From: an uncultured Gammaproteobacteria bacterium
Lineage (GTDB): Bacteria > Pseudomonadota > Gammaproteobacteria > JAURND01
Direction: 5' to 3'
Length of the DNA stretch: 64,000 bases
Assembly: GCA_963714975.1 (NCBI GenBank)
Contig: CAVQQD010000002.1
Span: forward strand, 704,001-768,000
This document shows positions 1 to 8,758 of the stretch, piece by piece. The position numbers were made by a program, and so were the translations under genes. The notes below the pieces were generated by a model that was given only the letters and a program-made list of their open reading frames with translations, was not told where the DNA came from and ran no database searches. The number at the start of each line of letters is the position of its first letter. The stretch's first letter is position 1.

Positions 1-11
1 GTATCCAAAAT

Positions 12-815
12 ATGAATAAGCCACTGTTTGAAAAAGTAGTGATTATTGGAGTTGGGTTGATAGGAGGGTCTTTAGCTAAAGCATTAGTCGCTAATCAGGT
101 GGTAAGTTTAGTGGTAGGAGTCGATCAAGATACGAAAGACAGCTTGCCGCAGGTTCTGGAGAAAGCGGAAGTTATTATTCTGGCAGTACCGCCGCTGCAG
201 ATGGAGCAAGTGCTGCAGCAAATAAGCCCATTTTTAGTGGCTGATATGATAATCACTGATGTGTGCAGTGCCAAACAAAAGCCGATTGCTTGGGCAAAAG
301 AGCATTTAAATGCTTATTATGAGCGCTTTGTTCCTGCCCATCCTATTGCCGGATCAGAAAAATCGGGAGCGTCTTATGCCGGTGCAGACTTATTTCAAAA
401 TAAGCGCCTTATTATTACCCCAACAGCAGAGACGAATCAGCAGGCTATTGATTCTGTCAGCCAATTGTGGCAACGTTGTGGCGCTGTTGTCACCCAAATG
501 TCTCCACAATTGCATGATTTTCTTTTTGCTTGGGTGAGCCACTTACCCCATGTTTTGGCCTTTGCTCTTTTAGACTGCATAGTGCAACAAGCGGAACTGC
601 CTCCTTACCTGGAATATGTAGGCGCTGGATTTCGAGACTTTACCCGCATTGGCAGAAGTAACCCGGTATTGTGGCAAGAAATTTGCGCAATCAATCGAGA
701 AGAAATTATACAGGCATTAACTCATTATCAATCCGAATTAGCGCAGGTCATTGAAGCCTTACGTCAGGGAGATGATCACAAGTTATTAACCATATTTAAG
801 GGCGGGAATTCTTAA
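12..815 (+). CDS. tyrA: Prephenate dehydrogenase
   Basis: Rossmann IIGVGLIGGS; HPIAGSEKSG, VSHLPH and GAGFRDFTRI motifs; upstream of aroA. Confidence 0.9.
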   Translation: MNKPLFEKVVIIGVGLIGGSLAKALVANQVVSLVVGVDQDTKDSLPQVLEKAEVIILAVPPLQMEQVLQQISPFLVADMIITDVCSAKQKPIAWAKEHLNAYYERFVPAHPIAGSEKSGASYAGADLFQNKRLIITPTAETNQQAIDSVSQLWQRCGAVVTQMSPQLHDFLFAWVSHLPHVLAFALLDCIVQQAELPPYLEYVGAGFRDFTRIGRSNPVLWQEICAINREEIIQALTHYQSELAQVIEALRQGDDHKLLTIFKGGNS

Positions 816-875
816 AGGCACCAGTAATTCCCGCTCTACAATAATTTGACCGACTAAACTATCAGGGGCCATCAA

Positions 876-2177
876 ATGAATTATCAGGTTAAACCATCTA
901 AACTATCAGGGGTCATCAAAATACCGGCTTCCAAATCACATACCTTACGCGCTATTTTATTGGCGAGTATGGCGCAGGGGAAAAGCATCATCCGTGATTA
1001 TTTAGCTTCGCCTGATACCTGGGCTATGGTAACTGCTTGTCAACAAATTGGCGCTAAGATTCAATGTGAGCCGGCGCAACTGATTATTGAAGGTGTGGCC
1101 GGAAAACCAAGCTTACCAGATGACGTGATTAATGCGGGCAATTCTGGTCAAGTTCTGCGTTTTGTAGCCGCAATAACCGCTTTAATTCCAGGCTATACGG
1201 TATTTACCGGCGACCATTCCATCCGCTATAGTCGCCCCATGCAGCCGCTATTAAATGGCATAACTCAACTCGGTGGATTTGCCGAATCAAGCAAGGGCGA
1301 TGGCCACGCCCCTGCAATTATTAAGGGCCCGATTCAACCAGGAACCGCCCGAGTAGAGGGGCAGGATTCTCAAACTGTCTCAGCGTTGCTGATGGCAGCG
1401 GCTTTTTTACCTGGAGAAACGGTGATTGAAGTGGAACATCCTGGAGAAAAACCTTGGGTTAATTTGACCTTACATTGGTTAGCACGCCTCGGAATTGTTT
1501 GCACCCAGCAAAATTTTGAACGCTACATCGTTCGGGGTAATGCTGCTTATCACGGTTTTGATTATACTGTGGCGGGAGATTTAAGTTCGGTCGCTTTCCC
1601 TCTGGGGGCTGCCTTAATCACCGGTTCTGAAATTCAATTAGAAAATGTGGATATGAATGATCCGCAAGGCGATAAGGCTTTGGTTTATGTATTACAACAA
1701 ATGGGCGCTCGTATTGAGATTGAGCCTGCTACTAAGCGCTTGATTGTGAAGAAAAGCCCGCCTTTAATTGGTCAGACGATTGATATCAATGATTTTGTGG
1801 ATGCAATCGCTATTTTGGCGGTAGTGGGTTGCTATGCGGAAGGGAAAACAGAAATTACTGGGGCTGCCATTGCCAAACGTAAAGAGTCGAATCGGGTAGC
1901 AGCCATGGCAGCTGAATTACGCAAAATGGGCGCAAGCGTTACCGAAACCGAAGAGGGTCTCATTGTTCAGCATAGTGACTTAGTGGCAGCCGCAGTGACC
2001 AGCCATCAAGACCATCGCATTGCCATGTCCCTTGCTGTGGCAGGAATGGCCGCCAAGGGTACGACAGAAATTACCGAAGTGGATTGCGTACAAAAAAGCT
2101 ACCCCGAATTTGCCCAAGCAATGCAGCAGTTGGGAGCAGACCTAACCGTAACTCCCCCCTTTGAAAAAGGGGGGTAG
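876..2177 (+). CDS. aroA: 3-phosphoshikimate 1-carboxyvinyltransferase (EPSP synthase)
   Basis: PASKSHTLRA, GNSG, KESNR and DHRIAM motifs. Confidence 0.97.
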   Translation: MNYQVKPSKLSGVIKIPASKSHTLRAILLASMAQGKSIIRDYLASPDTWAMVTACQQIGAKIQCEPAQLIIEGVAGKPSLPDDVINAGNSGQVLRFVAAITALIPGYTVFTGDHSIRYSRPMQPLLNGITQLGGFAESSKGDGHAPAIIKGPIQPGTARVEGQDSQTVSALLMAAAFLPGETVIEVEHPGEKPWVNLTLHWLARLGIVCTQQNFERYIVRGNAAYHGFDYTVAGDLSSVAFPLGAALITGSEIQLENVDMNDPQGDKALVYVLQQMGARIEIEPATKRLIVKKSPPLIGQTIDINDFVDAIAILAVVGCYAEGKTEITGAAIAKRKESNRVAAMAAELRKMGASVTETEEGLIVQHSDLVAAAVTSHQDHRIAMSLAVAGMAAKGTTEITEVDCVQKSYPEFAQAMQQLGADLTVTPPFEKGG

Positions 2178-2186
2178 GGGGGATTT
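2153..2186. repeat. Short palindromic repeat, CCCCCTTT-AAAGGGGG family, overlapping the aroA 3' end
   Basis: ccccctttgaaaaagggggg-tagggggg-attt; related copies at about 29987-30021 and 39830-39992. Confidence 0.75.
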
Positions 2187-2189
2187 ACC

Positions 2190-2714
2190 ATGAATATTAT
2201 TTTAATTGGTTTTAAAAAAACCGGAAAAACCACTATTGGTAAAGCATTAGCGAAAGCAATGGGAATGCAATTCCTTGATACCGATCATTGTATTGAAAAT
2301 GATTTTTATCAGACTACCGAGATGAAATTTAGTGCCCGAAAAATTTATGATTGGTTAGGAGGTGAGGCATTTCGCGGCTTAGAAAAACAAGCGATCAAGA
2401 AGTTGCTCCCGATCGAAAATGCGGTTATTTCTACGGGCGGTGGCAGTTTGGTGGATCCTGAAAATGTGGCTAGTTTAAAACAAATCGGGCAATTAATTTA
2501 TTTAAATACTCCTAGCCAAGTGTTATTGGAGCGCTTCCGCCATGGCGGCCAGTTGCCTTCATTTATCGATGAAAATGACATCGAAAATAGTTTTGAAAAA
2601 CTCTATCAAGAAAGACTAACATTGTATCAGGCGAATGCAGATATTATCCTAGATACAGGACACATGAATGTTAATCAAGTGGTTAAAGCAATCATTGCAA
2701 AGTTACGAACCTAG
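2190..2714 (+). CDS. aroK: Shikimate kinase
   Basis: GFKKTGKTT P-loop, FLDTD, FRGLE, STGGG. Confidence 0.93.
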   Translation: MNIILIGFKKTGKTTIGKALAKAMGMQFLDTDHCIENDFYQTTEMKFSARKIYDWLGGEAFRGLEKQAIKKLLPIENAVISTGGGSLVDPENVASLKQIGQLIYLNTPSQVLLERFRHGGQLPSFIDENDIENSFEKLYQERLTLYQANADIILDTGHMNVNQVVKAIIAKLRT

Positions 2715-2725
2715 GAGTAAACCCC

Positions 2726-3826
2726 ATGTCCAGTAATTCATTTGGAAATATTTTTCGCATCACCACCTTTGGTGAATCTCATGGCAAAGGAATTGGTGTC
2801 GTGATCGATGGTTGTCCCGCAGGATTAGCCCTAGAGGATGAAGATATCAACCAAGCCTTGGCCTTACGTGCTCCAGGTCGAAATCCCTATACTTCGCCAC
2901 GACAAGAAGCGGATCGAGCCGAAATTTATTCTGGGGTTTTTCAAGGAACAACCACGGGCGCTCCCATCGCCATCATTATCCTCAATAAAGATGCCGATTC
3001 CACTAAATACGAACCGATAAAAAATTTATTGCGCCCGGGCCATGCTAATTTTACCTATCTGGAAAAGTATGGCATTTTTGACTACCGTGGCGGAGGGCGT
3101 TCCTCAGCTCGTGAAACTGCCTGTCGGGTAGCTGCTGCCGCGGTGGCGAATAAATTATTAGCAACGGCAGGTATTACGGTAGCGGCTTATTTATCTGCAG
3201 TCGCGCAAATAAAAGCCAGCGTCAAACTGGATACTCCTTTAGAGCAGTGGCTTCCCAATATTTTACAAAGCCCTATTTTTTGCCCTGATCCAGTAGCCGA
3301 AACGCAAATGCAAGACTTGATCCTAAAAGCAAAGGAGCAAGGTGATTCCTTAGGTGGGGTGGCCACATTTGTGGCGACTGGCTTACCTGTGGGCCTAGGG
3401 GATCCGATCTATGAAAAAATAGAAGCCAACCTGGCTAAAGCCATGATGAGTTTACCGGCTACTAAAGGGTTTGAAATGGGAGAGGGTTTTCATGCCGTAG
3501 AAATGCATGGTTCCGAACATAATGATCCATTTATTATGGCTGAGGCGGAGCATAAAATCAGACCGGCAAGTAATTATGCCGGCGGAACCTTGGGTGGAAT
3601 AACTACAGGCCTGCCCTTATTAGGCCGGGTAGCGTTTAAGCCGACTTCCAGCATTACCAAGCCGCAAACCACCGTCAACTTAGCAGGGGATGCTAAACCC
3701 TTTAACTTGCCTGAAGGATCACGCCATGATCCCTGTGTCGCCATTCGTGGGGTACCCTGTGTCGCGGCGATGTGCTCTTTGGTGTTGGCGGACGCACTCC
3801 TATTGAATCGTTGTGTCAGGCTATGA
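2726..3826 (+). CDS. aroC: Chorismate synthase
   Basis: TFGESHG, RPGHA, GGGRSSARET, RHDPC. Confidence 0.98.
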   Translation: MSSNSFGNIFRITTFGESHGKGIGVVIDGCPAGLALEDEDINQALALRAPGRNPYTSPRQEADRAEIYSGVFQGTTTGAPIAIIILNKDADSTKYEPIKNLLRPGHANFTYLEKYGIFDYRGGGRSSARETACRVAAAAVANKLLATAGITVAAYLSAVAQIKASVKLDTPLEQWLPNILQSPIFCPDPVAETQMQDLILKAKEQGDSLGGVATFVATGLPVGLGDPIYEKIEANLAKAMMSLPATKGFEMGEGFHAVEMHGSEHNDPFIMAEAEHKIRPASNYAGGTLGGITTGLPLLGRVAFKPTSSITKPQTTVNLAGDAKPFNLPEGSRHDPCVAIRGVPCVAAMCSLVLADALLLNRCVRL

Positions 3827-4932
3827 AGACCTTATTAGTTCAGGCGGTAAGACCTTATTCTATCTATATCGCACCCGGCTTGCTAGACTCCTCTTTTTTA
3901 GTTGAGAAAATCCGCCCGCTAGGGCATCGGTTTGTAATCATTAGTGATTCTCAAGTCGCCGAATTGCTAGGCGAGCCTTGGTTAATTTTCTTATGTTCCC
4001 AGGGTTTGACTGTGGGTCTCATCAAATTTCCTAGTGGAGAAGCGTTCAAAACTCGCCAGACTAAGCAGCAACTTGAGGATGAATTATTTTTATTAAGCTG
4101 CCAGCGTGATACGGTCATTTTAGCCCTGGGAGGCGGGGTGGTTACGGATTTAGCTGGTTTTGTTGCCGCTACTTATTATCGTGGTATACCGGTTGTATAT
4201 ATCCCGACCAGCTTATTGGCCATGGTCGATGCGAGCATTGGCGGGAAAACCGCAGTCGACACTCCTTATGGTAAAAATTTAATTGGGGCATTTAGTTCAC
4301 CACGAGACGTATTTATCGATCCCAGCTTATTGCAAAGCTTACCAGAGCGAGAATTACGCAATGGCGCAGTTGAAATGATTAAGCACGCATTGATTGCTGA
4401 TCCGGATTTGTTTTTGCAATTACAACAACAACGCGAAGCCTTCTTCGCCTGTGACCCATTGATTCTCCAAGATTTAATTGAACGAAATTGCCAAATAAAA
4501 CGCCATGTTGTAGAGATAGATGAAATGGAGCAAGGTTTGCGGCAATTATTAAATTTTGGGCACACGATAGGACATGCCATAGAAAATCTAGATCAGTACC
4601 AAATACAGCATGGCGAAGCCGTTGCGATCGGCCTTATTTTAGAGAGTTTTCTTTCTCACCGGCGTGGTTATTTGTCCGCGGAAAATTTAAAAAAAATTCA
4701 AGAGATTATTTTTGCTTATGGAGTTAATTTGCAAACTACTGCATTGCAAGATGAGAACGCGTTTTGGCAGGCTTTAACTTATGATAAAAAAGCCAAAGCA
4801 GGGCAGGTACAAGTCGTAATGCTCGATGACATTGGTAAACCTCATCATGAACAAAATCAGGTTACCGTCAGCATTTCTCGAGAGGAAATAGCTGTTATGT
4901 TGCGAGAATCTGCTAGTTTATTGAATCATTAA
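3823..4932 (+). CDS. aroB: 3-dehydroquinate synthase
   Basis: GGGVVTDLAGF, DASIGGKT, LNFGHTIGHA; ATG at 3823 overlaps the aroC stop (ATGA) and is preferred to the GTG at 3772. Confidence 0.96.
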   Translation: MKTLLVQAVRPYSIYIAPGLLDSSFLVEKIRPLGHRFVIISDSQVAELLGEPWLIFLCSQGLTVGLIKFPSGEAFKTRQTKQQLEDELFLLSCQRDTVILALGGGVVTDLAGFVAATYYRGIPVVYIPTSLLAMVDASIGGKTAVDTPYGKNLIGAFSSPRDVFIDPSLLQSLPERELRNGAVEMIKHALIADPDLFLQLQQQREAFFACDPLILQDLIERNCQIKRHVVEIDEMEQGLRQLLNFGHTIGHAIENLDQYQIQHGEAVAIGLILESFLSHRRGYLSAENLKKIQEIIFAYGVNLQTTALQDENAFWQALTYDKKAKAGQVQVVMLDDIGKPHHEQNQVTVSISREEIAVMLRESASLLNH

Positions 4933-4996
4933 AAATCACATGATCCATATTAAAAATGGTTCTATGTAGAATCGAGTGGGTAGATTCTACATAGAA

Positions 4997-5029
4997 CCTA
5001 ATTTTCCCTTAATCTAGCTCTGGTACAAT
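4997..5029 (+). promoter_or_regulatory. PmrA-like box plus -10 element upstream of the ankyrin gene
   Basis: cctaatttt-cc-cttaatcta-N7-tacaat resembles the Legionella/Coxiella cTTAAtatT-N2-cTTAAtatT consensus. Confidence 0.5.
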
Positions 5030-5061
5030 CTGGCTTGTACCATGAACAGAGGGTGTAAAAA

Positions 5062-6750
5062 ATGAGCACAGCAAGGTCTGAAAAATTATTGAAAGCTATC
5101 AGGCAAGATGATGCAACCGCGGTTAGACAGATAATTGCCTCTGCAGAAGAAAATATTAATCAACTATTTCCCATAGATAATTGGAGAGAAATGGTCCCAA
5201 TAACCTATGCAATCACCTTGGGGAAAACACAGGCTTTAAGTGCTTTATTAGAAGCAAAACATTTACAAGTAAACCAAATAAACCTCGAAGGAGAAGACCC
5301 TCCCTTATTTCTTGCAATGAAAAACGACCAGTTAGAGTGCTTCAAAATTTTATTAGCCGACCCGAGGGTTGATATCAATGCAACTGGCACCATGTACAAA
5401 TACACTCCATTGATTGCGAGTGTTTCAACAAAAAAAAAACAATTCTTCCAGGCTTTACTTGACTCAAAAAGAGCGAGCGAACTTGATGTAAACAAACAAT
5501 GTCAAGACACGGTAGGCTCAGCAATTGGTTGGGCTGCCTTTAGAGCTGACTTATTTTATCTGCAAAAATTGTTGCGCCACCCTAAAATAATAATACAGGA
5601 TGATCAGAATCATATTAAAGATAAACTTGATAATGAGAAGAATCTCTCCAAAGCTGAAGATTTGAGATTGCTTGAAGAAGCCGTTGCACGCGGGCGTTTG
5701 AATGCAAATACAAATGAAAATCCCCAGCCCCCTAGTGAAAATAAAGTTACTGCACTTCAGCCTATCAGCGACGAAACAAGGCCTAACAGATTACTTCAAG
5801 CAATAAATGATGATAACGAAGAGGAGATTAGGCGGATAATTACCTCAAAGGAAGAGAATATTAATAAACGATTTACTATTGATTGTGGGGACGTCATGGT
5901 TCCTTTAACCTATGCAGTTACTAAGGGCAAAGCAAAGGCTTTAAAAGCTTTATTAGAGGCAAAGGATATAGAGTTAAACCCCAAAGAAGTGTCTGGCCTC
6001 CCTTTATTTCTCGCAATGAAAAACGACCAGTTAGAGTGCTTCAAAATTTTATTAGCCGACCCGAGGGTTGATATTAATGCAACTGACACTATGTACGCCA
6101 TTACTCCCTTGATTGACAGTGTTTATAAGAAAAAAGAACTATTCTTTAAGGCCTTACTAGAATCAAAAAGAAAAATAGATGTAAACAAATCTTCTGAACT
6201 ATCCACAGCACTTGAATGTGCTTGCAAGCCTACTGAACTATTTTATCTGCAAGCGTTGTTGCGCCTTCCTGAGATAACAGTACCTGATAAATCCCTCTAT
6301 GGTTCAGATATTCAAGTTGCTGCGCACATTAGATCCAAGCTTGATACAGCGCAAAATCTCTCAAGGACTGATGATTTGAGATTTTTAGACCAAGCCATTG
6401 CATGTGGAAATCCTGACCAAGGCAAATATAAGCGTAGATCAGGCATTTTTGTAGCTGTAGCAATTCCTTTAATTTATACCATTGGAGTTATCGGAATCCC
6501 TTTGGGATTTACGCGCAAACCTCAGGAGACCTATGAAGCTTTTGAAAAATTACATTTAGACGGTTTAATAGATAACATTTCGGAGTCGACAAAGGCCCAA
6601 GTAATGGCTGGGATGATAGGAGGGGTGCTTTTAATTGCATTGTTAGTTACTGCAGGTATTTTAATTAAGAACAATCCACCACCCGCAAAAGAATCTAAGG
6701 ATGATGGTAACCATTCACCACAATTAAATGGCAGCCAAGCCTTACAATGA
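5062..6750 (+). CDS. Ankyrin-repeat protein with internal duplication and two C-terminal TM segments (candidate secreted effector)
   Basis: Two copies of PLFLAMKNDQLECFKILLADPRVDINAT; TPL..A-type ankyrin motifs; two hydrophobic stretches near the C-terminus. Confidence 0.85.
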   Translation: MSTARSEKLLKAIRQDDATAVRQIIASAEENINQLFPIDNWREMVPITYAITLGKTQALSALLEAKHLQVNQINLEGEDPPLFLAMKNDQLECFKILLADPRVDINATGTMYKYTPLIASVSTKKKQFFQALLDSKRASELDVNKQCQDTVGSAIGWAAFRADLFYLQKLLRHPKIIIQDDQNHIKDKLDNEKNLSKAEDLRLLEEAVARGRLNANTNENPQPPSENKVTALQPISDETRPNRLLQAINDDNEEEIRRIITSKEENINKRFTIDCGDVMVPLTYAVTKGKAKALKALLEAKDIELNPKEVSGLPLFLAMKNDQLECFKILLADPRVDINATDTMYAITPLIDSVYKKKELFFKALLESKRKIDVNKSSELSTALECACKPTELFYLQALLRLPEITVPDKSLYGSDIQVAAHIRSKLDTAQNLSRTDDLRFLDQAIACGNPDQGKYKRRSGIFVAVAIPLIYTIGVIGIPLGFTRKPQETYEAFEKLHLDGLIDNISESTKAQVMAGMIGGVLLIALLVTAGILIKNNPPPAKESKDDGNHSPQLNGSQALQ

Positions 6751-6796
6751 TAAATTTAGCTCTATAAAGTTTTGTGGGTAAAAACCAGTGAATGAT

Positions 6797-6849
6797 CCCT
6801 TCTCCCACAGCGATTTTCTGTGGGAGAAGGTGCCGAAGGCGGATGAGGG
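6797..6849. repeat. Palindromic repeat, CCCTCATCCGGCC..CTTCTCCC family
   Basis: cttctcccacag..ctgtgggagaaggtgccgaaggcggatgaggg; related copies at 11880, 38313, 60147, 62957, 63606. Confidence 0.75.
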
Positions 6850-6953
6850 CAGATGTACTCCGATTTATGGATCAGGATTATGTCCCTTTCACTAACAATC
6901 AAGGTGAAAATGACATTCGTATGACCAAAGTTCAGCAAAAAATATCAGGATGT
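6850..6953 (+). mobile_element. IS66-family transposase fragment
   Basis: DVLRFMDQDYVPFTNNQGENDIRMTKVQQKISGC matches the recalled IS66 TnpC motif VPFxNNxxExDIRMxKVxQKISGC. Confidence 0.75.
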
Positions 6954-7008
6954 TTAGGCGCGCATTACTATCTTGCTGAGTTTCTAATACAGTTAATTGC
7001 GCTAGCAG
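6953..7008 (-). pseudogene. 56-bp fragment of an Rpn-family gene
   Basis: Matches 10419-10474 at 53 of 56 nt by eye. Confidence 0.8.
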
Positions 7009-7101
7009 GAAAGCAGGTTAGACTAGAAGCAGCAGAGGTAGGATTTTGGCGGAGCAGCCGAAATGTTGCTCTGCTGCTTCGTGCATAATCCTAGGTTTTT
7101 G

Positions 7102-7188
7102 GTGAGCTCAAACTGAACTGAAGTCCCGTCGCCCGCCTACGGGGTCCTGCCGCGCGAGCAACGGGACTTCAGTTCAGTTTGAGCTCAC
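7102..7188. repeat. MITE-like element with perfect 28-bp inverted arms
   Basis: gtgagctcaaactgaactgaagtcccgt (7102-7129) / acgggacttcagttcagtttgagctcac (7161-7188). Confidence 0.9.
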
Positions 7189-7294
7189 GAATCTCCTAAC
7201 CTTATGTAGTAGAAAATTCGCAGCTATATACTAGACTTACACGGAATAGGTTAAGTTATATGTGGAAATTTGTGAATTTTATGGGAGGTGTGTT

Positions 7295-7432
7295 ATGAGA
7301 ATTGAGAAAAAACCTGTTAAAATTTTAGATCCAGATTATGGTCGAAAGTGGACTAATGGAAATGGACCAGGAAAAATTGATGAAAAAGAATATTTGTCGT
7401 TGTGTGAAAAGGTAAAAAAATTGGAAAAATGA
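7295..7432 (+). CDS. 45-aa small ORF, candidate RiPP precursor (MRIEKKPVKILDPDYGRKWTNGNGPGKIDEKEYLSLCEKVKKLEK)
   Basis: GGAGGTG RBS at 7284-7290, ATG at 7295, TGA at 7430-7432; immediately upstream of two co-oriented YcaO genes; below the ORF-track size cutoff. Confidence 0.75.
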   Translation: MRIEKKPVKILDPDYGRKWTNGNGPGKIDEKEYLSLCEKVKKLEK

Positions 7433-7468
7433 TCCGCAGGGTCAAATTAAATGCATTAACTAAATATT

Positions 7469-7493
7469 AAGCTGTCATATGACATGGCAGCTT
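7469..7493 (+). terminator. Intercistronic stem-loop after the small ORF
   Basis: aagctgtcat-atgac-atggcagctt (10-bp stem, one G-U) followed by a weak U tract. Confidence 0.55.
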
Positions 7494-7533
7494 GATTTCG
7501 TTCGTTATATAATCCGGCGGGCTTATTCCTATC

Positions 7534-8739
7534 ATGATAAATTTCGAGCGTTCCTTCTCTCCCGATAATGCAATACACTATTTTGATAATAAAGAACATA
7601 ATTTAGAGATTGATTTAATTCGTTTTGATGGTAAATACCCAGTATATAAATGTTATTTGACCGATAATAATAATTCTCATACCTATATTGGTGGCGGTGG
7701 AGGATTGGGGTCTGCGAGCCAGGCTGCTGCACTTTTTGAATCTGCACAACATTATTTTTCGACACGTGGGTTACAAGATAATCTAAAAGACATCCATTTT
7801 TTTCCTATCGTTGAAGCCCCAGAATTGGGATATCTGTCAAAAACTGAATTTTTACCGGGTAATTTATGCAACTTCCCAGATCAAGAGCTTCCTTGGTTAC
7901 AATATAAAAGTTACACGGATGAACAAATCATCTATTATCCAGTAACATTGACCGAAGTTAGGTTGCACCATTTTCCTAAATTTAAAGATTATATGGATTT
8001 TAATTGGATGAGCCATGATACTGGCATGGCCATTGGCAGTGATTTTATGGAGGCAAGTATACATGGCATCAACGAATGGATTGAACGCGAATCATATGGT
8101 TTTTTATTATTGAAGTTATTTATTAATAAATCGAATAAAAAAATTCGTTTGCTAGATCATTTCACTATCCCAGAACATTTATTTCAACTTGTGAAATATA
8201 TTGAGCAAAATTTTAGCGATGATCTATTGATCGTTGATATAACTAGCGATATAAATGTACCTGCTTTTCTTGTCTCATTTACCAAACAACCAGCAATTTT
8301 CCAACCAAGGGGAATGGCTGCCTCATTATCCAAATCTTGTGCCTTGGAACGTGCTATCTATGAAGCTTTGCAGGCACGCATGCTTTACAATGAGAAATCT
8401 AAAGAATCGGAGTTTCATTGCATTAAGTCTTTAAAAAATACTCCTTTATTGTTAAAAGCTGCAGAATGTAACCTGACAGATTTAATCAATAACGACGAAT
8501 ATGTGTCTATTAATTTTTCGCAAGTTGCTGACTATTCTTCTTTGACCGACTTATCTGAACAGCTCAATAAACTGCATAATTTATTAAGCAGTAAAGGTCT
8601 TAAGGCTTTTTATCATTACTATGCATTAACTGATCACCTGGTATGTTTAGGGGTTATTATTCCAGGGCTAGATCAGTTTTTTATGGTGAGATGTGGTAGG
8701 TTTATTATGCCAAATTCTCGAGGATTGCAACTTTTGTAA
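7534..8739 (+). CDS. YcaO-family protein (degenerate first ATP-binding motif)
   Basis: TGMAIGSDFMEASIHGINEWIERES, VDITSDINVPAF, ALERAIYEALQ, IIPGLD; paralogous to the next gene. Confidence 0.85.
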   Translation: MINFERSFSPDNAIHYFDNKEHNLEIDLIRFDGKYPVYKCYLTDNNNSHTYIGGGGGLGSASQAAALFESAQHYFSTRGLQDNLKDIHFFPIVEAPELGYLSKTEFLPGNLCNFPDQELPWLQYKSYTDEQIIYYPVTLTEVRLHHFPKFKDYMDFNWMSHDTGMAIGSDFMEASIHGINEWIERESYGFLLLKLFINKSNKKIRLLDHFTIPEHLFQLVKYIEQNFSDDLLIVDITSDINVPAFLVSFTKQPAIFQPRGMAASLSKSCALERAIYEALQARMLYNEKSKESEFHCIKSLKNTPLLLKAAECNLTDLINNDEYVSINFSQVADYSSLTDLSEQLNKLHNLLSSKGLKAFYHYYALTDHLVCLGVIIPGLDQFFMVRCGRFIMPNSRGLQLL

Positions 8740-8758
8740 AAATAAAGGATAAATATTT

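Noticed and set aside
110-170. TyrA Rossmann region looks shorter than usual, possible pseudogene
   Set aside because: Frame and catalytic motifs are intact; cannot distinguish from natural variation without an alignment.
6792-7088. 98-aa ORF as a real gene or RiPP accessory protein
   Set aside because: Chimera of a palindromic repeat, an IS66 fragment and antisense Rpn DNA.
7337-7342. YG motif in the peptide as a spliceotide signal
   Set aside because: No radical SAM splicease nearby; the only radical SAM gene in the window is rlmN.
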